NCBI GenBank assembly: GCA_016873895.1
Contig: VGVV01000002.1
Span: forward strand, 314,152-378,151
Source: Ignavibacteria bacterium
GTDB lineage: Bacteria > Bacteroidota > Ignavibacteria > Kapaibacteriales > Kapaibacteriaceae
Direction of reading: 5' to 3'
Length of the DNA: 64,000 nucleotides
Positions 18,197 to 27,921 of this stretch are shown here, in pieces. Below the pieces are notes generated by a model, which ran no database searches, was not told the DNA's origin, and saw only the letters and a list, made by a program, of their open reading frames with translations. Position 1 is the stretch's first letter; every line of letters begins with the position of its first letter. The translations under genes were made by a program, and so were the position numbers.

Positions 18197-19600
18197 CTAC
18201 CAACCGCCACCAAGTGCCTTGTAAAGCCGGACGTATGCCCTGTACTGATTTGCCTTTGCCGAGATATACGCACGTTGCGCATCTAGCAGGCTTCGTTGTG
18301 CGTCGAGAACCTGTAGGTATGTCGTTGCACCAAATCGATATCGTAACTGCGAAAGCCGCGCAACTTCCGTCACAGACACAAGGCCAAGTTTGGCGGCGGC
18401 GATCTGATTGCCACCGTTGGTGATTGCAGCAACGGCATCATTCACATCGCGCAGAGCTGCGAGGACTGCGTTCTTGTATGCCAGTTCAGCTTGCAGTGCC
18501 TGGGCGTTTGCGCCATCAACACGAGCTGCGTTTCTTCCTGCATTAAAGATTGGTTGTGCTATGTTCCCAGCGAATTGATAGGCAAAGGAACCGGGATCAA
18601 AGAGATTGGCTGAAGAGATACTCTGCAATCCAATATCGCCCGAGAGTGCCACGCGTGGGAATTGCTGAGCAACTGCCACCCCTATATCAGATGTTGCTGC
18701 TTCAAGTTCATATTCGGCAAGTTGAACATCTGGTCTGCGCTCAAGCAGCTGACCGGGCAAACCTGTAGGCAAGGTTGTAGGTACGACAAGATCATCTACA
18801 GCCCGACCCCGCTCTACCGGCGCACCAGGCGGTCGTGCGAGCAGAATATTCAATGCATTTTCTGTTTGTTCAATTGCTGCTACAGTAGGTGCAAGGAGAA
18901 CCTCAATACGATGTAACTCAGACTCTGCTTGTCGACAATCAAGTTCTGATGTCTTGCCCTTTTCAAACAATAGTTTAGCAAGTGTTAGGTATTCCTTGCG
19001 GTTTGCAATGTTGGAATCAAGTCTTTCCTTTACAGCATCTAACTCACGAATGGTGATATATGCTTCGGCTACTGATGCAATCAGACCCAGAGTTGCTGCT
19101 CGATTTCCCGCGTAGCTAGCCGAAAGGCGGGCACGTTGTGCATCGGTGCCCCTTGCGATGCGACCAAACACATCGATTTCCCAGTTCAAGAGGGCTGAAA
19201 CCCCAAAAAAGCCCTGCAGATTTGAAAAGAAAGATGCTGGCTGGTTCGGATATCTGTTCTGAGATGGCTTGGTTTCAGAAGCACCAAATGCAACGTCCGC
19301 ATTGGGGTACCATTGTGATTCTTGAATTGTTACGATGGACTTGGCTTGATCAATACGCGCTAGAGTTGCTTGCAGATCATAGTTCTGGTCTATTGCCAGG
19401 ACAATGTATCGGTTAAGTACACTGTCTTCGAAAATCTCGTAGTACTTCATGTCGGCCAGCGACTTGTCCTGGGCCGTTATGCCGCGATACGTTGTTGGCA
19501 TAGCGATTTCGGGACGTCGATAGTCTGGGCCAAGTTTACATGATGTTACAAGTAGAGACGTTAGTACCGCTGCAACTATGGATGTTAAAAGGCTACGCAT
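18197..19600 (-). CDS. RND efflux outer-membrane lipoprotein (NodT/OprM family)
   Basis: Lipobox VTSCKLGPDY; WEIDVFGRI, LLERRPDV and LYKALGGGW motifs. Confidence 0.93.
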   Translation of the reverse strand: MRSLLTSIVAAVLTSLLVTSCKLGPDYRRPEIAMPTTYRGITAQDKSLADMKYYEIFEDSVLNRYIVLAIDQNYDLQATLARIDQAKSIVTIQESQWYPNADVAFGASETKPSQNRYPNQPASFFSNLQGFFGVSALLNWEIDVFGRIARGTDAQRARLSASYAGNRAATLGLIASVAEAYITIRELDAVKERLDSNIANRKEYLTLAKLLFEKGKTSELDCRQAESELHRIEVLLAPTVAAIEQTENALNILLARPPGAPVERGRAVDDLVVPTTLPTGLPGQLLERRPDVQLAEYELEAATSDIGVAVAQQFPRVALSGDIGLQSISSANLFDPGSFAYQFAGNIAQPIFNAGRNAARVDGANAQALQAELAYKNAVLAALRDVNDAVAAITNGGNQIAAAKLGLVSVTEVARLSQLRYRFGATTYLQVLDAQRSLLDAQRAYISAKANQYRAYVRLYKALGGGW

Positions 19601-22600
19601 CTTTGCGCCCCTTTCCGCGCGATTCAACAAACGCAAACAATGCTGGTGCAAGCGTAACACCAATGAACGTCGCAACGAGCATTCCGTAAAAGACGGCCGT
19701 CCCAACGGACTTTCGTGCACCGGCACCCGAGCCGCTAGCTGTCATGAGCGGCACAACGCCAAGAATAAAAGCAAATGCCGTCATGAGAATTGGACGGAAC
19801 CGAAGTCGTGCACTGTCCATCGCTGCTTCATGCGGTGTTAAGCCTTGCTCTTGGCGCATCTTTGCAAACTCGACAATCAGGATTGCATTTTTTGCGGCAA
19901 GGCCAATAAGCAGTATCAAGCCGATCTGCACAAAGATGTTGTTCTCGAGACCCATGATCCATGTGCCCATAAATGCACCGAACGCGGCCACGGGCGTACC
20001 AAGCAGAACACTCCATGGAAGCTTCCATGAATTGTATTGGGCTGCAAGCAAGAGAAACACGAACACGATAGCCATCATGAACGTTGGTAGGGGGCTTGGA
20101 GCTCGCTTCTGTTCATAGGATAAGCCAGCGTATTCGATGGACATACCGTTAGGCAATGTCTCTGCGGCAACCTTCTCGAGCACGTCCATTGCCTGACCGG
20201 TACTGTAGCCCCTTCCTACTTGTGAAGATACCTCAACGGAGCGATAGAGATTGTATCTGTATGTGATCTCTGAACCATTTGTCTGTGATACATTCACAAT
20301 TGTTGAAAGTGGAATCATAGCGCCTGTTGTTGCGCTTCGAACAAAGAATGCGCCAACGTCTGAGGGGTGTTGCCTGTACTGACTCTCTGCCTGAAGAAAG
20401 ACTCTGTAGAGTCTGCCAAACTTGTTGAAGTCATTTACATATGCGCCACCAAGCATCGCTTGAATAACCTGGAAGGCCTGGTCAACCGGCACTCCAAGCT
20501 TCTTCGCTTTTTCGCGATCAAGTTCGATCTTTATCTGAGGTACAGTTGCATCAAACTGCGTAAATAATGCACCAAGTTCGGGATGCTTCGAACATGCATC
20601 AGAGAGTTGAGCTGTTTCTGCGGCAAGCTCTGAAACACTTCTTGTGCCGGTACGATCTTGCAGGTAAAATTTGATGCCACTGGCATTTCCGAAGCCCGGT
20701 ATTGGCGGAGTTCCGAAAGAGAACACGATGCCCTCGGGAATCTGACTAAACGCAGCATTAAGAGAGCTGATAATTTTTGTGTCTACGAGGTCCTTGCGCT
20801 CTTTCCAATCTTTGAGTCGAACAAAGACAGACGCAACGTTTGATGTGGAGGCATCGGCAATGAACGATACTCCAACAACAGAAGTATAGGATTCAACTCC
20901 TGGCTGCTTCGAGAGTATGCTCTCAACCTTGCGCATCACCTCATCTGTGCGCTGTTGCGAGGCGGCATTGGGAAGAGCAACGTTAACCATGATGATGCCC
21001 TGATCCTCAGACGGAACAAAGCCACTGGGCAGCTGGCTAAGTGTTACTCCGGTAAGCGCTGTGAAAGCAGCGATGGCCATAAGAGAAAGTGCTGATCGAC
21101 GTACAAGCCTGCCTACAACTGCGAGATACCCATCAGTGAAGCGTCCAAACAGTCTATTAAACAGCCCATAAAACTTGGAAAGGGGGCTGGGCTTTTCAGG
21201 GTTTGGCTGCCGCAACAACATGACGCACAATGCTGGACTGAGTGTAAGAGCGCTAAAGGCAGAGAATAATGTTGATACGGCAACGGTAATAGCAAATTGT
21301 AAGTACATTCGGCCGATGATACCACCCATAAATCCCACTGGGACGAACACCGCAGCAAAAATCATTGCAATCGCAATCACAGGGCCTGCTACTTCACTCA
21401 TCGCGGCTAGAGTTGCTTCTTTCGGAGACTTGCCATGCTCCATGTGATGCATGACTGCCTCTACAACAACGATAGCATCATCAACCACGATTCCAATGGC
21501 AAGAACAAGGCCAAACAACGACAGCGTGTTGATTGAGAATCCTAGCATTGGGAACAGAATAAATGTTCCAACAAGAGACACTGGCACCGTAAGCAGTGGT
21601 ATCAGTGTAGCACGCCAGTTCTGGAGAAAGACAAACACAACAATGATCACCAGCACAACAGCCTCGAAGAGCGTTTGTGTAATCTCCTCTATGGATGCTT
21701 CAACAGCAGGTGTTGTATCAAAACCAACTTCAACCTTGATGTCATCCGGGAAGGTCTTTCCCATCGACTCAAGTAACTTGTAAATGCCCTCTGCAGATTC
21801 GAGTTGATTAGCCCCCGGCATAAGGTAGACAATCATTGCCGTTGATGGCTTGCCATTGAAGCGGGACTTCATACCATAGTATTCGCTGCCGAGTTCAGCA
21901 CGTGCTACATCACCAACACGTACGATGCGTCCATCTTGCGTTTCTCTTACGATTACATTCTCGAATTCCTCTGGAGATGTAAGCTTACCTGGAGCAAGTA
22001 CAGAATATGTCTGCTCTGCTGCGCCATTATTGGGTACATCTCCAACTTTTCCTGCTGGGGCTTGTATGTTTTGTTCTCGAAGCGCAGAGATAACGTCCGT
22101 TGGGGTGAGACCAAGACGTGCCATTCGATCTGGTTGTGCCCATAAGCGCATCGCATATTCAGCACCAATCAAATCAACGTTGGAAATACCAGGTACTCGC
22201 AGGAGTTGGTCGCGTACGTTGATCATGGCAAAGTTGTTCAGGAACAAGCCATCGTACTTGCCGCTCTCGGAATAGATGGCAATCACCATCAGAATAGAGG
22301 GGTTGGTCTTGCTGATTGTTAACCCCTGGGCATTCACTTCTTGTGGCAGGCGCGATGTAGCGCGAGATGCTCTGCTCTGAACGAGCATATTTGCCACGTT
22401 GATGTCGTTACCTGGTTCAAAGGCAACATCAAGTTTCAAATTCCCATCGCTGGTATTCTTTGAGAGCATGGAAAGCTGATTGTCGAGGCCATTGATTTTC
22501 TGTTCAAGGGGCGTAGCAACTGACTGCTCAACAACCTCTGCGCTGGCTCCCGGATACGAACCTTGAATACGAACTACTGGCGGAGCTAGCGCAGGAAACT

Positions 22601-22703
22601 TCTCGATAGGAAGGCGTAGTAAGGAAACGCTGCCAACCATCACGATAACTATCGAAATGACGATGGCAACGATAGGACGTCTGACAAAGAAGGCTGAGAA
22701 CAT
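19593..22703 (-). CDS. RND efflux permease, HAE1 (AcrB/MexB/BepE-like)
   Basis: FFVRRPI, GIVVDDAIVVVE, GLAAKNAILIVEFAK and RFRPILMT motifs. Confidence 0.96.
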   Translation of the reverse strand: MFSAFFVRRPIVAIVISIVIVMVGSVSLLRLPIEKFPALAPPVVRIQGSYPGASAEVVEQSVATPLEQKINGLDNQLSMLSKNTSDGNLKLDVAFEPGNDINVANMLVQSRASRATSRLPQEVNAQGLTISKTNPSILMVIAIYSESGKYDGLFLNNFAMINVRDQLLRVPGISNVDLIGAEYAMRLWAQPDRMARLGLTPTDVISALREQNIQAPAGKVGDVPNNGAAEQTYSVLAPGKLTSPEEFENVIVRETQDGRIVRVGDVARAELGSEYYGMKSRFNGKPSTAMIVYLMPGANQLESAEGIYKLLESMGKTFPDDIKVEVGFDTTPAVEASIEEITQTLFEAVVLVIIVVFVFLQNWRATLIPLLTVPVSLVGTFILFPMLGFSINTLSLFGLVLAIGIVVDDAIVVVEAVMHHMEHGKSPKEATLAAMSEVAGPVIAIAMIFAAVFVPVGFMGGIIGRMYLQFAITVAVSTLFSAFSALTLSPALCVMLLRQPNPEKPSPLSKFYGLFNRLFGRFTDGYLAVVGRLVRRSALSLMAIAAFTALTGVTLSQLPSGFVPSEDQGIIMVNVALPNAASQQRTDEVMRKVESILSKQPGVESYTSVVGVSFIADASTSNVASVFVRLKDWKERKDLVDTKIISSLNAAFSQIPEGIVFSFGTPPIPGFGNASGIKFYLQDRTGTRSVSELAAETAQLSDACSKHPELGALFTQFDATVPQIKIELDREKAKKLGVPVDQAFQVIQAMLGGAYVNDFNKFGRLYRVFLQAESQYRQHPSDVGAFFVRSATTGAMIPLSTIVNVSQTNGSEITYRYNLYRSVEVSSQVGRGYSTGQAMDVLEKVAAETLPNGMSIEYAGLSYEQKRAPSPLPTFMMAIVFVFLLLAAQYNSWKLPWSVLLGTPVAAFGAFMGTWIMGLENNIFVQIGLILLIGLAAKNAILIVEFAKMRQEQGLTPHEAAMDSARLRFRPILMTAFAFILGVVPLMTASGSGAGARKSVGTAVFYGMLVATFIGVTLAPALFAFVESRGKGRKDA

Positions 22704-22718
22704 ATATCAGGCCCCTTG

Positions 22719-23855
22719 TCAGTTCGTTTTGAGTAATGAGTCGAGAGTTACCTTGCTTGGGGTTGCTCTCACAGGCAAGCCTTCTTGAATCTTCTGTAGG
22801 CCATCAACGATGATCTGCTCGCCAGCTACGAGGCCTGCAGTTACAACGATTGCACCGCCAATACGGTCTCCAGTCTCGATATTCCGATATCCAACGATGT
22901 TGTTCTTCACCACGGCAACCCGAGTTTGACCTTGCAGCTCAGAAATGGCGCGCGCCGGAATCACTATGGCGTTGGGTCGTTTCTCAATCATGACGAGTAC
23001 GCGGCCAAAGAGACCTGGACGCAAGAATCCCCCGGGGTTTGAAAACTCAGCTTCAACACGCAGTGTGCCTGTTAATGGGTCGATTGCGTTGTCGGCAACT
23101 ACCAGCTTGCCAATATGCGGCCATGTGCTGCCGTCGGCTAGGCGAAGCTCTACGGGCATGGATGATGCCGATCCATTAGCAGCAGAGCGCAAATAGTCAA
23201 GGAACTCTTTTTCAGACAGGTTAAACGTTACACGAATGGGGTCTAGCTTAGATACCGTTGCAAGTAGTGTGGCATCGCCCCGTCCAACAAGGCTTCCAGC
23301 GCCAAACTTTGCAATACTTGCAAGTCCCGAGATTGGGGATGTCACATTACAGTAGCTCAGATCAAGCTGAGTTCTTTGCAGAGCAGCATTGGCTGCTGCC
23401 ACGGAAGCGGTTGTTGCATTATTTAGCGCTACTGCAGCCTCGTATTCTTGGGCAGAAATTGCGTTCTCTTGCACCAATGCTTGATAACGCACGACATCTT
23501 TGAGAGACCGTGCTTGAGCAGCCTGCGCTTCTGCAAGTCTTGCACGCGCCTGATTCACATAGGCAACATATGCGGAAGGATCAATTTTAAACAGGGTTTG
23601 TCCGGCAACAACTTCCGAGCCCTCTTTATACGTTATTGCTTGAACGAAGCCTTCAACGCGCGCTCGTATGTCTACGTTAAACGAACCTTTTGTCTGCCCA
23701 ACCCATTCGCGGTAGATAGGGACTTCCGCAGCGTTTGCTGTATATATCGTAACAGCCGGCGGGTCCATGGTAACTTCTTCTTCTCTGCCGCACCCGACCA
23801 CAAAGACGGTAAGCGCAACTATGAGTGCAGCAATGCACTTGGACGGTACATCCAT
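22719..23855 (-). CDS. RND efflux periplasmic adaptor (AcrA-like MFP)
   Basis: Lipobox VVGC; DIRARVEG, VTSPISG and LRPGLFGRV motifs; ATG at 23855 chosen. Confidence 0.93.
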   Translation of the reverse strand: MDVPSKCIAALIVALTVFVVGCGREEEVTMDPPAVTIYTANAAEVPIYREWVGQTKGSFNVDIRARVEGFVQAITYKEGSEVVAGQTLFKIDPSAYVAYVNQARARLAEAQAAQARSLKDVVRYQALVQENAISAQEYEAAVALNNATTASVAAANAALQRTQLDLSYCNVTSPISGLASIAKFGAGSLVGRGDATLLATVSKLDPIRVTFNLSEKEFLDYLRSAANGSASSMPVELRLADGSTWPHIGKLVVADNAIDPLTGTLRVEAEFSNPGGFLRPGLFGRVLVMIEKRPNAIVIPARAISELQGQTRVAVVKNNIVGYRNIETGDRIGGAIVVTAGLVAGEQIIVDGLQKIQEGLPVRATPSKVTLDSLLKTN

Positions 23856-23929
23856 AAAACTACTCCGTGATTTCACGCTGCAAAGATGCCTATCAGCACA
23901 TGAATTGTGGCACCCCAACGTGCTGGTGC

Positions 23930-24805
23930 TTAAGCAGCCATGCGTTCAGCATTTTGTATGCGCTGAAGCCGCATGGACCTTGTTCTGAACTTGGGGACAA
24001 ACGCTCCAAGAATGTACGTCCGGATGAGATACCACCAAATGCTACGTTCAAGGAGAGATCGATCAATTGTATGCGCTATAGCAGCATGGTTCTTTGGTGC
24101 TAGACTCCAGTGGGTACCTGCCTTGTCGTGATGAACCGTATGGAATCCATTGTTAAACAGCATGAGATTGAGAATGCCAGTAAAATTTCTGGAGTGATTC
24201 ACAGGCGACTCTTCATCGGCATGAACATGTTGCACGAAGTTGAATAAGAGTACTGCAAACAGTCCAACTTGCTGGGGAATGATGACATACAACAGGGCCT
24301 TGCGCCAATCTATAAGCAGCGCGGCACCGATCCATACACCTAGGGCAACATACTGCATCGCAGAGAGCCAGAACTTTCTGCGGTCGGACCCATATAGCTC
24401 TTTGAGATAGTCCCTGATAGGCTTTTGCTGATGGTAGGAGCTTACCATTGGATAGATCAACAACATCAATAGATGATTCTGCTCCGTGAGCCGATACGTG
24501 ATGGTATAGTCACCCTCACGATTGTTCAGTGCATGGTGGTTCTTGTTGTGCGTTGGTATCCAGCCAAATGCAGGAAAGCCATAGAAGACGGTCAACCAAT
24601 AATCGGTCAGGTGGTTCAGTGTACTATTCCGAAAAATCGGAAGGTGATTGTGGTTATGAGCGATCACCGTTACGGCTATTGACAAAAACAGGTAGAATGG
24701 ATACAGCCACCAATTCAGAGCCGGCATAGACCATATGTAGAAGAATAGAGTAGTTGTAACGAGCATGTAACCGATTGTTCGGCGATCTGCCTTGTAACGT
24801 AGCAT
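23930..24805 (-). CDS. Membrane fatty acid desaturase family protein
   Basis: His boxes HNHNH, HNKNHH and GFHTVHH. Confidence 0.88.
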   Translation of the reverse strand: MLRYKADRRTIGYMLVTTTLFFYIWSMPALNWWLYPFYLFLSIAVTVIAHNHNHLPIFRNSTLNHLTDYWLTVFYGFPAFGWIPTHNKNHHALNNREGDYTITYRLTEQNHLLMLLIYPMVSSYHQQKPIRDYLKELYGSDRRKFWLSAMQYVALGVWIGAALLIDWRKALLYVIIPQQVGLFAVLLFNFVQHVHADEESPVNHSRNFTGILNLMLFNNGFHTVHHDKAGTHWSLAPKNHAAIAHTIDRSLLERSIWWYLIRTYILGAFVPKFRTRSMRLQRIQNAERMAA

Positions 24806-24900
24806 TGTGACGACTTCTTCTTGTGTAAAATATCTGCCCGATGAAGATACGGCAATTCACTATGTTGAATCACGACATTTCTTCATAATTGGAGCCAATC

Positions 24901-25332
24901 ATGAAAAACAACGTTTCCATTTGCATTGCTCTCGTAGTGTTGTTCTTGAGTGCTTTCTCACCGCGTGAATTGTATGGCGACAATGCGGTCGGAATCCAGC
25001 TTGGTGAGCCGGGCACCGCTGGGGTATCGCTGCGGTTTGACAACATCGCAATTGGTGCTGCATGGAATATCGACAACGGATATCTGCATGTAAATCTTGA
25101 CTATTGGGCAGATCGCGGAACATTGGCCAAGCCGATTGATTGGTTCTACGGATACGGGGCTGATGTTGGCTTGGGCGACGAGTACAGGGTCGCTGCACGC
25201 ATCCCCGTTGGCATGATATGGGAGCCAAACAAGCAGTTTGAAGTTTTTGGTCAGGTAGCACCCGGACTTAAGGTCCTGCCCAACACGGACTTCTACTTTG
25301 GCGCTGCTGTTGGTGTGCGATACCGCTTCTGA
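24901..25332 (+). CDS. Small outer-membrane beta-barrel protein (DUF3996-like)
   Basis: Signal peptide; GIQLGEP, RIPVG and C-terminal GVRYRF barrel signal. Confidence 0.7.
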   Translation: MKNNVSICIALVVLFLSAFSPRELYGDNAVGIQLGEPGTAGVSLRFDNIAIGAAWNIDNGYLHVNLDYWADRGTLAKPIDWFYGYGADVGLGDEYRVAARIPVGMIWEPNKQFEVFGQVAPGLKVLPNTDFYFGAAVGVRYRF

Positions 25333-25335
25333 CTG

Positions 25336-26001
25336 ATGCTACCTACTCAATTTTTCGATTTTTTTGCTGCGCTTCGTGATCACAACAGCAAGGAATGGTT
25401 CGACGAGCATCGTTCTGAGTACGAGCGGTTTGTGAAGAAGCCGTTTGCATCTCTCGTGCAGCAGCTCATCGATAAGATTCGCCGTATCGATCCATATGTT
25501 CTGCCGACGGCTTCGAATGCGATCTTTCGGATCAATCGCGACATTCGCTTTTCGAAGGACAAAACACCCTACAAGACCTCCACGGGCGCATTCATAAGTC
25601 GCTATGGGAAGAAGGCGCATGGGATGCCGGGATTGTATGTCGAGGTGTCATACGATAGAGCAGGGATTGCAGGGGGCACATATATGCCTGACAAGGGTCA
25701 GCTCGAGCGTATTCGCGATCTTCTCATGCATGAAGGCGCAGCCTTTCGTGCGGCCACGGAAAGCAAGAAATTTATCAAGGCCTTCAGTAGTGTTCAGGGC
25801 GAACGCTCCAAGATTCTGCCGAATGAATTCAAGGAGGCGGCGCAACGCGAGCCCCTTATCTATCACAAACAACTCTATTGGTGGAAAGAACTTTCGCCGG
25901 AGGTGTTTCTTGCGAACGACTGTTGCGACGTACTCTTCGAGCACTATATGTCGCAGCGAGATGCGCAGATTCTCCTTGAGTCTGCGTTGTACGATAATTA
26001 G
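25336..26001 (+). CDS. DUF2461 (TIGR02453-like) protein
   Basis: NSKEWFDEHR and FRINRDIRFSKDKTPYK motifs. Confidence 0.88.
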   Translation: MLPTQFFDFFAALRDHNSKEWFDEHRSEYERFVKKPFASLVQQLIDKIRRIDPYVLPTASNAIFRINRDIRFSKDKTPYKTSTGAFISRYGKKAHGMPGLYVEVSYDRAGIAGGTYMPDKGQLERIRDLLMHEGAAFRAATESKKFIKAFSSVQGERSKILPNEFKEAAQREPLIYHKQLYWWKELSPEVFLANDCCDVLFEHYMSQRDAQILLESALYDN

Positions 26002-26043
26002 CAGAATGTAACACTGCAATTCAAGAACTTTCAGCGTTAGCAC

Positions 26044-27921
26044 ATGTTAAAACCGATTACTCTGGACATGCTCACAGAAGAGCTACGATTACAGGCAGAG
26101 AAGTACCTCGAGCCATTTGAGCTCCGTGAACATGAGTATCTCTACAAGGCTGGAGATCAGGCAGACAGAGGGTATCTCGTAGACCAGGGCGAGCTGCGAC
26201 TCGAGGTCGACACCGAAGAACTCGATGCAGAGCGGGTTCTGGAGATTGCCCCCGAAGGCGTATTCATAGGCGAGGGTGGCCTCTTGGGCATAGAGCTTCA
26301 TGCCGTCAATGCCATTGCCGGAACGGATGTACGCGGACGCAGTCTCTCCCGCGATGCCATGCTGCGCATGGAGTCCGATGATCCAGTGCTAGCGGCACGG
26401 ATATACCAAGGACTCGGTAAGGCCGCAACGGCCAAGCTTATGGCTGCAGTCTCACATATCACGGAATATCGCTTTGCTCACCACGGTCATACCGCAGAGA
26501 TCGACGTCATGGTGCACAATGCGCGAAAGGCACAACAGGCTTTTGTTGGTTGGTCTGAGAAGAGAGTCGATGACCTGCTCTACGCTCTGTGCGAGCCCAT
26601 CATCGCCAACGCCGTTGCACTGGCAGAAGATGCTGTTGCCGAAACGCACATGGGAAATGTTCGTGATAAGACACTCAAGCATGTAAATGCCGCCCTTGGA
26701 GTATATGAGCATATCGTTGGCAAGACCGGTTCTGGTGCTATGCCTAAGGGAGCGTCGTCCGGCGTGATTGAAGTGGCAGATGCAATGGGTGTGCTGTTTG
26801 GACTTATTCCCGCAACCAATCCGGTTTCTACAACGTGCTTTAAGGCACTCATTTCGGTAAAATCGCGCAACGCAATCATCCTGAGTCCTAATCGCATAGG
26901 CAGCAAGGTTGTTGTCAAGACCGTAGACATGATGCGCGAGGTACTCTGCGCGCACAGCGCCCCGGAAGATTTGATTCAAGTAGTGCGCGAGCGTCAGAGT
27001 AGACAAACAACGGCGATGTTCATGCATCACAAGGGCGTGGACCTCGTACTTGCAACAGGTGGGGCGTCGATGGTGCGAGCGGCATACAGCTCAGGAACAC
27101 CGGCAATAGGGGTAGGACCAGGCAATGCACCGTGTGTTATCGCATCTGATGCAGATGTCGATCATGCTGCTGATTCGATAGTAAAGAGCAAATCCTTCGA
27201 TAATGGTGTGATCTGTGGTGCCGAACATAACCTCGTATGTGTGGCGAGGAATTATGACGCGCTCGTAGCATCATTAGAGCGACATGGAGCAGCTGTTCTT
27301 TCGCCGGATGAAACAGCGCTCTTTATGGCTAAAGGGGCTTCAACAGGCGTGCTTGGACGTCGTATTGTGGCACAAGATCCCGAGGCAATCGCAGAGTATG
27401 TTGGTATCAGTCGGCCGTATACGATTCGCCTTATTGTCATACCGGTAACGGAGATCAATGAGCACGATCCTATGTCACGGGAAAAGACAGCCCCGGTTCT
27501 CAGTCTCTTCTGTGCATCTGATGATGAGCAGGCTATCACAATGAGCGAGCAGATTCTTGCAATTGATGGCACTGGGCATACAGCGATGATCCACACAGCG
27601 AGTAAAAATCTAGCTCGAACATTTGCTGCCCGCATGCATGCCAGTAGGATTTTGGTAAACTCACCTGGCACGCAGGGAATCATGGGAGCATGCACGGGGC
27701 TCACACCGTCCTTCACACTTGGATGCGGCACCTATGGTGGAACTTCGACAACCGACAATGTCTCATTTCAGCATTTGGTAAACATCAAACGCATTGCTTG
27801 GTATTTGCCGCACAAGAAAACTGCAGAGATTGTGATGCGCTTACAATCGTCGGCCTCGTACCTCCTGCGCATTGTGCGTTTCATCGGCGCGTGGCGCAGA
27901 TTTGTTGCAGGGGTAAAGTAA
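26044..27921 (+). CDS. cNMP-binding domain fused to CoA-acylating aldehyde dehydrogenase (AdhE/EutE-type ALDH)
   Basis: N-terminal [18 protein letters not shown] cNMP fold; [38 protein letters not shown] (catalytic Cys), EKTAPVL, GHTA and [12 protein letters not shown] motifs. Confidence 0.88.
   Translation: MLKPITLDMLTEELRLQAEKYLEPFELREHEYLYKAGDQADRGYLVDQGELRLEVDTEELDAERVLEIAPEGVFIGEGGLLGIELHAVNAIAGTDVRGRSLSRDAMLRMESDDPVLAARIYQGLGKAATAKLMAAVSHITEYRFAHHGHTAEIDVMVHNARKAQQAFVGWSEKRVDDLLYALCEPIIANAVALAEDAVAETHMGNVRDKTLKHVNAALGVYEHIVGKTGSGAMPKGASSGVIEVADAMGVLFGLIPATNPVSTTCFKALISVKSRNAIILSPNRIGSKVVVKTVDMMREVLCAHSAPEDLIQVVRERQSRQTTAMFMHHKGVDLVLATGGASMVRAAYSSGTPAIGVGPGNAPCVIASDADVDHAADSIVKSKSFDNGVICGAEHNLVCVARNYDALVASLERHGAAVLSPDETALFMAKGASTGVLGRRIVAQDPEAIAEYVGISRPYTIRLIVIPVTEINEHDPMSREKTAPVLSLFCASDDEQAITMSEQILAIDGTGHTAMIHTASKNLARTFAARMHASRILVNSPGTQGIMGACTGLTPSFTLGCGTYGGTSTTDNVSFQHLVNIKRIAWYLPHKKTAEIVMRLQSSASYLLRIVRFIGAWRRFVAGVK

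Noticed and set aside
26044-27921. Bacterial microcompartment locus suggested by the EutE-like ALDH
   Set aside because: No shell protein genes or signature enzyme in the window.
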